DNA of 64,000 nt from Octopus vulgaris (GCA_951406725.2 OX597817.1:7378001-7442000); one strand, 5' to 3'. Counted from the first letter of the stretch, positions 1 through 12,860 are shown. Made by a program: numbers and translations. Notes: generated from the sequence alone by a model not told the origin.

Positions 1-53
1 ATTACGCATACATACCTACATAAACATGTGTATATAAGTGTATATGTATATAG

Positions 54-84
<31 letters not shown>

Positions 85-99
85 CGTATATATATCGTA

Positions 100-600
100 A
101 ATATGAGGGTAATAAATTAGAGTAATATATTACCAGGGGTTAGTATGCATAATAATAAACGTCATGAAACATAACATATTTTTAAAAATATAGGAGTGTA
201 TAAAATATTTTTATACACAAAAAGATCATTGTCAGACACCCCCCCCCCCTTACATGCCAAAAAGGCAAGTTACCACCCAAACTATGAAAAAGAGAAAACA
301 TGAGACCCGCCAATATAACACTAGAACGAACAAAACAAAAATCAATTAGTTAATCCCGAACTCAAGTTTCGGTATTAATTACCAAATAAACTAATTTGGA
401 ATCTGTAGGTCGTCAGCGGAATCGCTAATTAATGAATAATTATGTAGTTGCAAATACGTACCGAAAACACGTGCGCAAGACAGTTACATCTTTATGCATT
501 ACGGGTTCGAACTTAGTAAGAGAGCGTGAATCTATAGTTCAGCAGTAATTAAAGAAATTTAAGGCTGTCTCCTATAGAGCATCGGAATTATAAATAATAT
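100..600 (-). mobile_element. Penelope-like element 3' end/pLTR remnant with hammerhead motif
   Basis: Abuts (TA)n; minus strand carries an HHR-like motif (354-421); 100-345 recurs as a diverged direct copy at 610-785. Confidence 0.6.
354..421 (-). ncRNA. Minimal type-I hammerhead ribozyme-like motif, irregular stem II
   Basis: Minus strand UUCCG-CUGACGA-...GGUA auuaa UACC-GAAA-CUUGAG-UU-CGGGA; stem I UUCCG/CGGGA, near-palindromic stem III, GUU site. Confidence 0.6.
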
Positions 601-609
601 CATTGTTAA

Positions 610-946
610 TATGAGGGTAATAACTTAAAATAATTTATCACCAGTGCATAAATAAAGTTATAAAACATAACATATTTTTTTTTATATTTTTATACCAAAG
701 AGGAGACTATTGACAGGACTCCTTACATGCTAAAAAGGCCAGTTAAAACCCAAATCACGCATGAGGCACGCCATAATATTAGCTAATTCATTTTCTCTTG
801 TTCTTTCTAGTGTTATAATGGCGTGCCTCATGAATTCTCGTTTTCGTGGTTTGGGTTTTAACTGGCCTTTTTAGCATGTAAGAAGTCCTGCCAATGGTCT
901 CCTATTCTTGCATAAAAATTATTTTATACACTCTTATATTTTTAAA
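610..946. mobile_element. Fold-back PLE-type terminal fragment
   Basis: Arm ~680-777 (…cttacatgctaaaaaggccagttaaaacccaaa…catgaggcacgccat) is inverted at ~815-925. Confidence 0.6.
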
Positions 947-981
947 CACACACACTCGCAGATATATGTATATACATATAT

Positions 982-1048
<67 letters not shown>

Positions 1049-1052
<4 letters not shown>

Positions 1053-1526
1053 AATTAAATTAGAGATAAAACCACTATTATGCAAATCAAACATTGAAAA
1101 ACATAAACCAAAGTATAGAAATAAAAATAATTAATATAATATACAAAATATATAAAATATAAAATTTAAAACTTAAATTATTTAAATTTAAAGTTAAAAA
1201 TTTAAAATTATTAATTTATATTTATAAATTTATATATATATATATATATATATTTATTTATTTTTATTTTTATTTTTACTTTTTATTTATTTATTTATTT
1301 ATTTATTTAATTAATTAATTAAATATATATACCTATCAAAAAGTATTAAAAAAGTTTAATATAAGATATTAGTTATTTTTATGTCTATGTTTTGATTTAT
1401 GTTTTTCACTGTTTGATTTGCCTAATAGTGGTTTTATCTCTAATTTAATTTATATTTATACTGTAAAATTAGATTTAATCCTAAATCTAATTTTTCCCTA
1501 TCAGTTTGGATTTACTCCCTAATATT
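1049..1526. mobile_element. Fold-back element with AT-rich spacer (PLE-type end)
   Basis: taaattaaattagagataaaaccactatta…aaacat (1051-1125) is inverted at ~1378-1452; the same arm recurs at 4700-4761. Confidence 0.6.
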
Positions 1527-1934
1527 GTGGCTGTGTGGTAAGTAACTTGCTAACCAACCACATGGTTCCGGGTTCAGTCCAACTGCGTGGCATCTTGGGC
1601 AAGTGTCTTCTGCTAGAGCCCTGGGCCGACCAATGCCTTGTGATTGGATTTGGTAGACGGAAACTGAAAGAAGCCTGTCGTATATATGTATATATATGTA
1701 TATATGTGTGTGTGTTTGTGTGTCTGTGTTTGTCCCCCTAGCATTGCTTGACAAACGATGCTGGTGTGTTTACGTCCCCGTCACTTAGCGGTTCGGCAAA
1801 AGAGACCAATAGAATAAGTACTGGGCTTACAAAGAATAAGTCCCGGGGTCGATTTGCTCGACTAAAGGCGGTGCTCCAGCATGGCCGCAGTCAAATGACT
1901 GAAACAAGTAATAGAGAGAAAAGAGAGAAAGAGA
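1527..1934 (+). mobile_element. tRNA-derived SINE family A, near full length
   Basis: A box tggctgtgtgg, B box ggttcagtcc, internal (TA)n(TG)n, tail ggcggtgctccagcatggccgcagtcaaatgactgaaacaag; high identity to 3159-3555 and 53935-54360. Confidence 0.9.
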
Positions 1935-1937
1935 TAT

Positions 1938-2068
1938 ATACGACTAACTTCTATCAGAATCTTTCTCCGAAATCCAGGTACGATGATCTGGACAGCCCGG
2001 AGGTGAAGAAGAAAAACATTTTCCAATGTAGCACTCAGAGGAACTGAGCCTGGAACCATATGTCTCGG
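1938..2068 (-). mobile_element. Degenerate SINE family A 5' fragment
   Basis: Diverged match to the reverse complement of the family A head (…actgagcctggaaccatatg). Confidence 0.6.
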
Positions 2069-2409
2069 GAGTATATATATACATATATGTGTTTGTGTTT
2101 GTGTGTGTGTGCGCGCGCGCGCTCTTATGTGCTTAAATGTACACTGTAGGTATTATGCATATATATAAATACATACATATATAAGATGATGTTGATATCT
2201 ATCCATAGATCGCTTATGATTAAGCAGACGTATAATCATAGGCGCTCTCGCCATGCAAAAATGTAGCCGCATCATAAATATTCTAATACGTTTTATATAC
2301 AAACAACTACCAAGTACACCCTTTCTTTAATGAAAGAAATAAGGACAATTTAACTGCTTTTACTAGCAGCTTAACGTGCCTGTGGAGACTGTCATCAATA
2401 TGTATCTTT

Positions 2410-2572
2410 GTTTTCAAATTTTACATCGACCCCAGTGCTCAACTGGTACTTATTTTATTGACCCTAAAAAGGATGAAAGCAAAAGTCGACCTCGTCGGAA
2501 CGTGAACTCTGAACGTAAACACAGACGAAATACCGCTACGTATTTTGCCAGGCATGCTAATGATTCTGCCAA
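2410..2572 (-). mobile_element. tRNA-derived SINE family B fragment (Meta-domain-like core)
   Basis: Reverse complement of gaggtcgacttttgctttcatcctttttagggtcaataaaataagtaccagttgagcactggggtcgatgtaa; shared with 30746-31161. Confidence 0.8.
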
Positions 2573-3158
2573 GTTCACCGTTTCATCAGTATTATTAACT
2601 ATTGTGTTACTGTTAGTTGTCTTCCTACAGCTAGTAGCGTTGCTACTGTTAGTGGTAGTGTTAGAGAGCAAACAGACGATCAAAGCCACGGATGCCATTG
2701 TCATTCGACATTTTCTTTATAGTATAGTGTGGGTAAGACTACCCATTAAACAATATATGGTTTGTAGAAAATTCGTTTGCTATTTGATGCATATCGCGCA
2801 ATGAGGTAGATAATCCACATTTGTTTAATTTGTGTTGATGTGCCGGTAAGACTTTTGCGAGTGATGGTAACGGCTTTGCTGGTATTTGATGGAGATTTTG
2901 TTGTACTCTTATCATTTAATGAAAATACGCTTATCATTTAATGAAACTAAAATACTTAGAATTAAATAAGCTGCTTCATAGATGATTACCTAAAAAAATA
3001 GATCCGTGGAAATAGCTTTCTAATTTATGCACAAATACCGCTCACTTCATAAAGCGATACGTAACAGTTACTTCGTCTTAAAACAAGTACACTATAAAGT
3101 ACTCGAATGCGAGCGAATTTTCGCACGCGTTTTTCACACTATGTCCGTGTATATATAT

Positions 3159-3555
3159 ACTCTCTCTTTTACTCTTTTACTTGTTTCAGTCATTTGACTG
3201 CGGCCATGCTGGAGCACCGCCTTTAGTCGAGCAAATCGACCCCGAAACTTATTCTTTGTAAGCCCAGTACTTATTCTATCGCTCTCTTTTGCCGAACCGC
3301 TAAGTGACGGGGACGTAAACACACCAGCATCGGTTGTCAAGCAATGCTAGGGAGACAAACACAGACACAGAAACACACACACACATACATATATTTATAT
3401 ATATATACATATATACGACAGGCTTCTTTCAGTTTCCGTCTACCAAATCCACTCACAATGCATTGGTCGGCCCGGGGCTATAGCAGAAGACATTTGCCCA
3501 AGATGCCACTGCGTGTGGGACTGGACCCGGAATCATGTGGATGGTTAGCAAGCTA
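3159..3555 (-). mobile_element. tRNA-derived SINE family A
   Basis: Near-identical reverse complement of 1527-1934, slightly 5'-truncated. Confidence 0.9.
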
Positions 3556-3569
3556 AATATATATATATA

Positions 3570-3783
3570 ACGGGAAGCTTTATGAAAATAGACAAAAGAC
3601 GAAGGCAGGTGGAAAACAAACAAACAATTGTATTAGTATGGCGCTCAGGAAATATAAATAAAACAAGTCTTTAACGTTTCGAGCCTACGCTCTTCAACAG
3701 AAAGATACACAGAGAGAAAAAAAACACAGAAAGAAGGAGAGAAAAAAATGCGTGCAGTAACTAACGAATCAACATGGCGATCG
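3570..3783 (-). mobile_element. ~200-bp hammerhead-bearing non-autonomous element, family H1
   Basis: Aligns end to end with 46615-46806 (+) and 50251-50459 (-); flanked by (TA)n. Confidence 0.8.
3668..3705 (-). ncRNA. Minimal hammerhead motif, A6U core variant
   Basis: UCUUU-CUGUUGA-A-GAGC guag GCUC-GAAA-CG-UU-AAAGA. Confidence 0.7.
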
Positions 3784-4020
3784 TATATATATATTGTAAA
3801 CAATAACTCTCTACTTGAGTGGGCCATAGTGCCCAAATTCTGACTTGAAAGACTTCACCAGGTGGTGCTATTAAGTTAGACATGGCCTGGGCCAATAATG
3901 GCCGAAACCTATCAAAGTATCAAAGTATATATATATATTCATGTGCGTGTGAGTGTGTATAAGCTTGTATATTTCTGTATTTGTGTAGTGTTTATTTATA
4001 AAGGCCAGAGTATATTTGTA

Positions 4021-4310
4021 TCCTTAAATCCTTAAATCCTTAAATCCTTAAAAGTGTTTTAGCCCGAAGGCCGCGGCCATGCTGGCGCACCACTGCTGTT
4101 GCATGGACAATATTTTTTTTAGTTGTGCGTTGATGTGTTGGGTGGGATGTTTGCGTTTGACACATGCCATCTTTTGACAACAGGTGTTGGTTTGTTTGTC
4201 GCCCTGAGACTGCGTGTTTCGACAAAAACAAGATAGAATAAGAACCAGATTTTAAGAAAAGTATCGAAGGCGATACCAGTACGGCCCCAGTGTAATGACT
4301 GAAAAACAAA
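4021..4310. mobile_element. Two outward-facing SINE/LINE-like 3' tails
   Basis: Minus: gtggtgcgccagcatggccgcgg… ending in (GGATTTAA)n; plus: aaggcgataccagtacggccccagtgtaatgactgaaa; both resemble the family A tail. Confidence 0.5.
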
Positions 4311-4314
4311 TATA

Positions 4315-4885
<571 letters not shown>

Positions 4886-5011
4886 GAGAGATAAATAATA
4901 GATAGATAGGTAAACGTGATTGTTTATTACAAACCTCCTTTATACTATACATAAATATATATTTATATGTGTATGTGTGTGTGTATGTGTGTGTGTAGCC
5001 AAAAGGTGTAG

Positions 5012-5180
5012 ATAAGATCCAGGCTACATATGTTTCATAACTAGCAGAACCATGAAAGTATTTTTTTTTTTTACTAAGCTTCCTTTGGCCTGACGAGTAG
5101 CCAGCGGACGAACCCTCGGTTGGGTAATTACTACTTCTGAAGTTCTGCTAGTTATGAAGTATATGTAACCTGGATTTTAT
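5012..5180. mobile_element. Fold-back PLE-type fragment with degenerate hammerhead in spacer
   Basis: Arms 5012-5050 and 5142-5180; spacer has CUGACGA…GAAC-CCUCGG-UU. Confidence 0.5.
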
Positions 5181-6094
5181 GTACCCCATTCCTTATATTT
5201 GGACTTCTATCAACCAACTCTATCTTTTCGCACTTCAATATTGGAAACAATTCCAACCATCTACGTCATTAAACTGCTATTGTTCCCGAAAGATGTTTTT
5301 TTCACTTTATATATATATATTATATAAGCACACACACATCATATCAGTCGTAATATCGTCGTATTAAGATTCATCTACCTTTTATCCGAAATATTAGATC
5401 TTAGATTTTTCTCTATTGTTTCTTCAATTTTACTACGTAAGAAAGACATACTAATTGTTGGACTTACTAACAATTGAGCAATTATATTTGTTCCGGCTTT
5501 TTCGTCGAATCTTTTAATTGTATTAACAGTTTGTTTTGCTAATTTTAAAGTACCGCAATGTTTGTTGAGCCTTTTCTATTTTGAACTTGATTCAATATTA
5601 ATTTTCATTTCCAGAAAAAAATCAACTTTACTTGACGTTTCAAAAATTATAATTGAATCGGAAAAATACTTCACAACATAAAAACATATCTTTATTGAAT
5701 TGTTACTTTAATGTTTGGTTCAAGTCACTATCGGCGGAGTGAATTGAAAGTAAATTAGAAGGGAGATGAAAAACCGAAATGCAAACAGCAACGTGTTACC
5801 TCTATAGACGTAACATATAAAGAGAGGAATCGAAATAAAACCAAACTGCAATAAAGTTGTGCCGACTGAGATCCGTATGAATCAAGATGTGGTCTCACAC
5901 ATGCGCGTGCACATGTGTGTGTGTGAGAGTGTGTAAATATATATATAGATATAGATAGATATAGATAGATAGATAGATAGATAGATAGAATCATGAGTGT
6001 GCGTGTATATATATATATCAATATATATATACAGGCACATATATATGAATACATATATACATTTTATGTATATATGTATATATATATTCTTGTG

Positions 6095-6150
<56 letters not shown>

Positions 6151-6211
6151 ATGTATGAGTCTGTTTATCAGTTTCAGTGGTTAGGGTATATAAAATAATT
6201 CACAATTGTGC

Positions 6212-6264
<53 letters not shown>

Positions 6265-6266
<2 letters not shown>

Positions 6267-6467
6267 GGATTAAACACATAAATGTGAAACAAGGTGGAAA
6301 AAGGAGTACTCAAATACCAGTGGTAGAGTAATATGCTTTATTTAAAGCAGCAGAAGATTCAACAAAACCTATTACTCTGATTTTCCCGTTGCAAAAGCTG
6401 TCCGATGAACGGCAACGGGAAACTCAGAGTAACAGGTTTTGTTGAATCTCCTGCTGCTTTAAATAAA

Positions 6468-6473
<6 letters not shown>
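6265..6473. mobile_element. Fold-back PLE-type terminal fragment between (TA)n tracts
   Basis: Arms 6331-6392 and 6412-6473, about 4 mismatches. Confidence 0.75.
6398..6435 (+). ncRNA. Minimal hammerhead motif, U4C variant
   Basis: CUGU-CCGAUGA-A-CG gcaa CG-G-GAAA-CUC a GAG-UA-ACAG. Confidence 0.65.
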
Positions 6474-6513
<40 letters not shown>

Positions 6514-6515
6514 AC

Positions 6516-6578
<63 letters not shown>

Positions 6579-6709
6579 GTATGTGGGAGAATATTTATAT
6601 TATGTATCAGTATGTGAGTATATTTTATGAAACGTATCTTGCCCACTAAACGCATCGAGTCCTCGACAATTGGGCTATATATGTGTTTGTGTTTGCTTTG
6701 TTTGCTTGT

Positions 6710-6756
<47 letters not shown>

Positions 6757-7287
6757 AGTGTGAGTGTGCGTGTGCGCAAATACGTATGTATGATTAATAT
6801 GAGCCTCTCTGTCTCGTTCGTGCCTGGACGGGCAATGGGAAAGAAAAATATAAAATTATTTTGGCAAAGTTTTAGAGAACTGCTATTATTAGGTTGTGGT
6901 TTTAATGAAAGGAAAATGACTGAAGCAAGAAAGCCGATTCTAATAATACAGATTAGATTTGAATTTTAGAATATATTAAACGAATATTTAAAGATACAAA
7001 CAGGAAAGGAAACAAACATGATTAAAAAGCCTTCATTTTTTAATTTCCAATAAAGGTAAGTTTCATGAGATGCTTACGATAGGACAGAATTAGGCTCAGA
7101 AAGGATAACACGGTAGAATAATATTATACATTAAGAAGTGCATCGATTATAATCCGAGGTGGTTGTAAATGAAGACTCGGCATATATGAGTTAACCATTG
7201 ACTACTTCTCTCTCCCTCTCCCTCTATCACTCTCTATCTCCTCTTCCCCCACAATTCTCTCTCACACACAATACATGTATGTATGTA

Positions 7288-7331
<44 letters not shown>

Positions 7332-7527
7332 ACAAAGTAAGATAGGGGTTATGAGGGTAATCCACGATGGGATATCAGTTATTCAATATACTGCTGGTGA
7401 AGTACCCAAACACTAAATACATAAATGCTTATAATTGCAGTGTAATTAATTCATTTATTGTATTTATATTGTATTTATTGTATGTATATTATGTATATTT
7501 GTATATTTTATATGTATATATGTGTTT

Positions 7528-7575
<48 letters not shown>

Positions 7576-7613
7576 CATAAACACATATATACATATAACA
7601 TATACAAATATAC

Positions 7614-7694
<81 letters not shown>

Positions 7695-7698
<4 letters not shown>

Positions 7699-8116
7699 TA
7701 TTTTGAGTATCTGTTTTACCATTTATTTTCTTGTTCTTCTTGGATAGTATGGAAAGCATGTTTTTTATATATCAATGTTATTATTATTATATTAATGATA
7801 TTATGATAACTTTGTAGTTATGCATATCCTCTGACGAGGCCTTTGGTTATTTAAACAAACAAATATAATATTTAAAGCTTAAGACTATACTATAATGGCA
7901 TATATGAGCAATTTAAGGTGGGTTGCCTCTTGACCATATACTGAAACAGCTGTAAGAAGCAGTTTATTTGTATCATTTTTATTGTATTATTAATTTACTT
8001 ATTGATGTATATTGTTTTGTTCGATTTTCATGTTCCTATTTGCATAATTAATAAATAGCATGGAATTGGAATATCCGTAAGTTGATGATCGAAATGAATT
8101 TGTTCCTACATTTTCT

Positions 8117-8120
<4 letters not shown>
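7695..8120 (+). mobile_element. Degenerate PLE-type pLTR with hammerhead-like motif
   Basis: CUGACGA at 7831 and GAAA-CAGCUG-UA at 7943-7954; flanked by (TA)n. Confidence 0.45.
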
Positions 8121-8189
<69 letters not shown>

Positions 8190-8193
<4 letters not shown>

Positions 8194-8395
8194 CGAGATG
8201 AAGTACGAAAACAAATGAGTTAAATATGCAAACAGCGAGAGAAAAAAATGGTAAACAGGACGCGTAAACGCTGAGAACAACCCTTCATCAGTTGTCGGCT
8301 GTCTATCTACTCGCTATTTCGAGCATTCAACGACAATACAGTTGCTCCCATTAATCCCAAACTAAAATTTGGATTTATGGAGGGTCAAAATATGG
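8190..8395 (-). mobile_element. Probable PLE-type terminal fragment
   Basis: Between (TA)n tracts, T-rich 3' end on minus strand, partial HHR-like words. Confidence 0.35.
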
Positions 8396-8790
8396 ATATA
8401 TATATATCTATATATGTGGGTGTGTGGGTATGTGCGTATGTATATATATGTTTATATGTATTTATATGTGTGCATGTGTGTACGTATGTATATATGAATA
8501 CAGAGATAGAAAAAGAAAGAGAGAGAGTGAGAGAGAGTGCACTAGTTTTTATATAACGTCACTATTAAAATATACGAGTGATGTAACCGTTTGAACTAGC
8601 CCTGCAAGCGTTAGTTGAATGCTAGTATAAAGCAGCCTTAATTCACTCACTGTATGTGGCCTAGGCATGACCGCCAGGTTAATGTGAAGCAATACAATGC
8701 CCAGGTGTACACGGTTACATATGTAACAGCTATCATTCCACAAATAAGATACCTAAGTTATTTAAGTGTTTCTCTTTAACAACTGAGCTT

Positions 8791-8837
<47 letters not shown>

Positions 8838-9937
8838 TAGATACACACCCATCGATAGATGGGCTGTGTGCGAGCCTATAGGTATATAATTTAATAGTTC
8901 TATGTATATATATATACAAGTATGCGTGTATACATGTGCATCAAATTATTTATTTACCTACATATATCCAAGTGTGACCGTTATCACCTCTATTTTCTCT
9001 TGGTATATACATACATACATGCATACATACATACGCAGACACGCACACGCACATATACATATATTTCCATATATATGTGCACAAACACGGGTAAATACAC
9101 ACTCATACACGCACACATATGCATGCTCACACACGCATGTTCACACGCACACGTACACATGCCCACACACACACAAGCATGCCCACACACACACACGCGT
9201 GCCCACACACATACACAAGAATGTCCACACGCGTGCGCGCACCACACACAAAAGGCGCCACACGCCCTTTGAATAATTAATTCAACGAAACGACTTAATA
9301 CGCGCTTATTGATATTATGGCGTTAAATTAATGAGTATCTCACAAGAATTCATCGTTCATCTAATAATATATTGTTATTGTTGTTGTAGTTGTGTTTGCA
9401 GAGAATTTTGTTTTGATTTGCTTCAGTTTGGTTGCTGTCACGATGCACCAGTAATTTATTCTTACTTAGTCATCAAATTCGTCGCAGGAAGCTATGAACA
9501 TAAACTAAGAAGAAACATTTGGTGGTCGTACATTGCCATCCGCTTTATCTCTGTCGCCAAGACGCCTAAATTTCGATGGCGTAATCCAATTAAATCTGAA
9601 AACTACTAAATGAAGTTTGGGGTTTAATTATGCATCGATTGAGCTTCTCTACGGTATTGCTACCTGCTTAAATAATAATCAAACTCCTTCAGATTACAAT
9701 GGCTTAAAAAATGTTTGAACTGATAGTAGATACGCGGTGTCTTTAAAAAAATATGTATTTGTTGCTCCTAGAAAGTCCATCATCATAGACGAAATGAAGC
9801 CAAAATCAATACCATCCTCTTCATTTTACACCACTTCGTGTTTGAATCTATGATGCTCCTAGTAAGTACTGTGATTAATCCTCCTGCTACAGAAATGTTA
9901 CTCTTACTTCTCAAAGAGTAAATATCTGTGTTACAAT

Positions 9938-10243
9938 TATGTTGTTTGTCCCTTCTCAAGCCATGCCTGGCTCATAAGGACCGGTTTCCCGGTTTCTTGG
10001 CGTATAGGTTCCCCACCTGAACGGGACGCCGGTCCATCGCAGGTGAGCTGCAATATGCAGGAGGAAAGAGTGAGAGAAAGTTGTGGCGAAAGAGTCAGCA
10101 GAAGTTCGGCCAATATCTTCTGCCGGAGCCGCGTGGAGCTTAGGTGTTTCGCGCATAAACACACACATCGCCCGGTCTGACATTCGAACCTGCGATCCCT
10201 CTACCGCGAGTCCGCTGCTCTAACCACTAGGCCATGTGCTTCC
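9938..10243 (-). mobile_element. tRNA-derived SINE family C with V-domain-like segment
   Basis: Head ggaagcacatggcctagtggttagagcagcggactcgcgg…ggttcgaat; body cctgcgatggaccggcgtcccgttcagg…gaaaccgg resembles the V-SINE domain. Confidence 0.8.
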
Positions 10244-11019
10244 ACTGTTTTACAATTCCGACCCACTATAAGATTTCGAATCATCGAAAATGTCAATTTC
10301 CCCAAACAGAAGATCTTTCTCTATACATTTTCGTTTCCAAGAGTTATGGACAGTGGCGCTGTCTACGTTGCTTAGGAATGGCCAAGGAATGGAAATAGTG
10401 TATGATATATGGTTTTCTTGCCTTTTTTTAATCACTCATCTGAATGTAAAACCAGCAGAGATGTATTTATCAACTTGGAAAAAAATATCCAGCTTTTGAC
10501 ATCCATGAATAAACTTTCTGAGTTGGGTCCTTTCCTCAAGGTTATATGCATAAGTCGTTAACAGGAGTCGACTAATTGAAAAAATCAAACGGTTATTCAA
10601 CGCCACTACGTTTTGTGTGTGTGTCTCTATGTGTGTGTGTGTGTGCATCCATGTGTGTGTGCGTGCATGTGTGTGTGCTCGGGCACATTGTGCCACTGTT
10701 TGAAATCATGTAACCATTCCCAACTCTTGTAAAGATAGAAAAGGAGAAGTATGCGTTGAAATGTCAAAGTAACAAAATTTGTCAGATATATAAAGGAACT
10801 CCTGGTCGAAAATTTCTCGTGATAAATCTATTCAAATTTTTACGCCGAAAGCTTAGTTGTATAAGAATACATACTTTTGCCAACAGTTAACTTTATAAGG
10901 TGAATGATAAAGTCCAATTTTCTTGGATAGTCCATAGTAATTATTTGGCATAGTGACTTATCGTATTCCGAGAATCTTACGCTTGACGTACAATAGTAGA
11001 AGATATAATAGAATGTCTT

Positions 11020-11531
<512 letters not shown>

Positions 11532-11539
11532 ATGTGACC

Positions 11540-11742
11540 GCGTGTGTACCGTTGGCGATTTTTTTTCCTCTGTCTTCCCTTCTCTGGATCTTTTCTTTCT
11601 CCTATGTTTCCGACGAAGAGCTCCGCTCGAAACGTTAAACCCTCCATCTTTCCTTCTTTCCTGAGCATCCAATAATACTATATTTGTTCCACGTCCTCAC
11701 GTTGTTTTGTTTTTTTTGTGCTTTCTTGTTTGGATTAACTTT
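11540..11742 (+). mobile_element. ~200-bp hammerhead-bearing non-autonomous element, family H2
   Basis: Aligns with 58934-59133; shares the downstream ttcctgagc…taatac…tttgt block with family H1. Confidence 0.8.
11606..11640 (+). ncRNA. Minimal hammerhead motif, U4C variant
   Basis: GUUU-CCGACGA-A-GAGC ucc GCUC-GAAA-CG-UU-AAAC. Confidence 0.7.
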
Positions 11743-11820
11743 ATATAGAGAGAGAGAGACACACACTCACAGACACGCTTTCATGAAGGTATACCATATG
11801 TATTATAGTGTGTGTATAGT

Positions 11821-12217
11821 TACATACATACATACATACGTACATACATACATACATACATACATACATACATACATACATACATACATACATACATACA
11901 TACATACATACATACATACATACATACATACATGCATACATACATACATACATACATACATACATACATACATACAGACAGACAGACATACCTACCTACA
12001 TACATACATACATACATACATACATACATACATACATACATACATACATACATACATACATACATACATACATACATACATACATACATACATACATACA
12101 TACATACATACATACATACATACATACATACATACATACATACATACATACATACATACATACATACATACATACATACATACATACATACATACATACA
12201 TACATACATACATACAT
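11821..12217. repeat. (CATA)n microsatellite, ~400 bp
   Basis: Directly visible. Confidence 0.95.
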
Positions 12218-12616
12218 AGGTACGGACGTGCGCATATAAAAATATAATTTTAAAATATTTGAAATATCATTATGACGAATCGCTTGACTGAAATCGTCTT
12301 TCTATTCAAATTCTTCGTTAATCACTTGCCTTTAGTGCCTCCCGCCCCTTCGGATCACATTAACACCGGTAGCTCACTAATCGCCTGATAATGAAATGAA
12401 AGATATGTATCTTACATTTGATTATCTGGCAATTGGTCCAACCGCTCAGCAGAAGTTTTTTTTTTTTTTTTTTTTTTGCTTTAATTCTTAATCGTAACAT
12501 CATATTAGCACTAACTTTGAATTCTATGCGAAATTTATGACGTTTCGATTCGAGGTTACTGAAAAGAAGACATACTACAAATACACACACATACACACAC
12601 ACATATACACACACAC

Positions 12617-12703
<87 letters not shown>

Positions 12704-12727
12704 GACAGACAGAGATGTATATATATT

Positions 12728-12860
<133 letters not shown>

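Noticed and set aside
1512-2059. Recurrent ORFs such as MSSNARGTNT… and MTNDAGVFTSP… (also at 3134 and 53912)
   Set aside because: They recur only because they lie within SINE family A copies
3885-3920. GGCC aauaau GGCC-GAAAC hairpin as a hammerhead half
   Set aside because: No upstream CUGANGA-like core
8255-8335. Hammerhead on the minus strand (CUGAUGA-A-GGG…CUC plus an upstream CUC-GAAA)
   Set aside because: No arrangement gives core, GAAA and a paired stem I together
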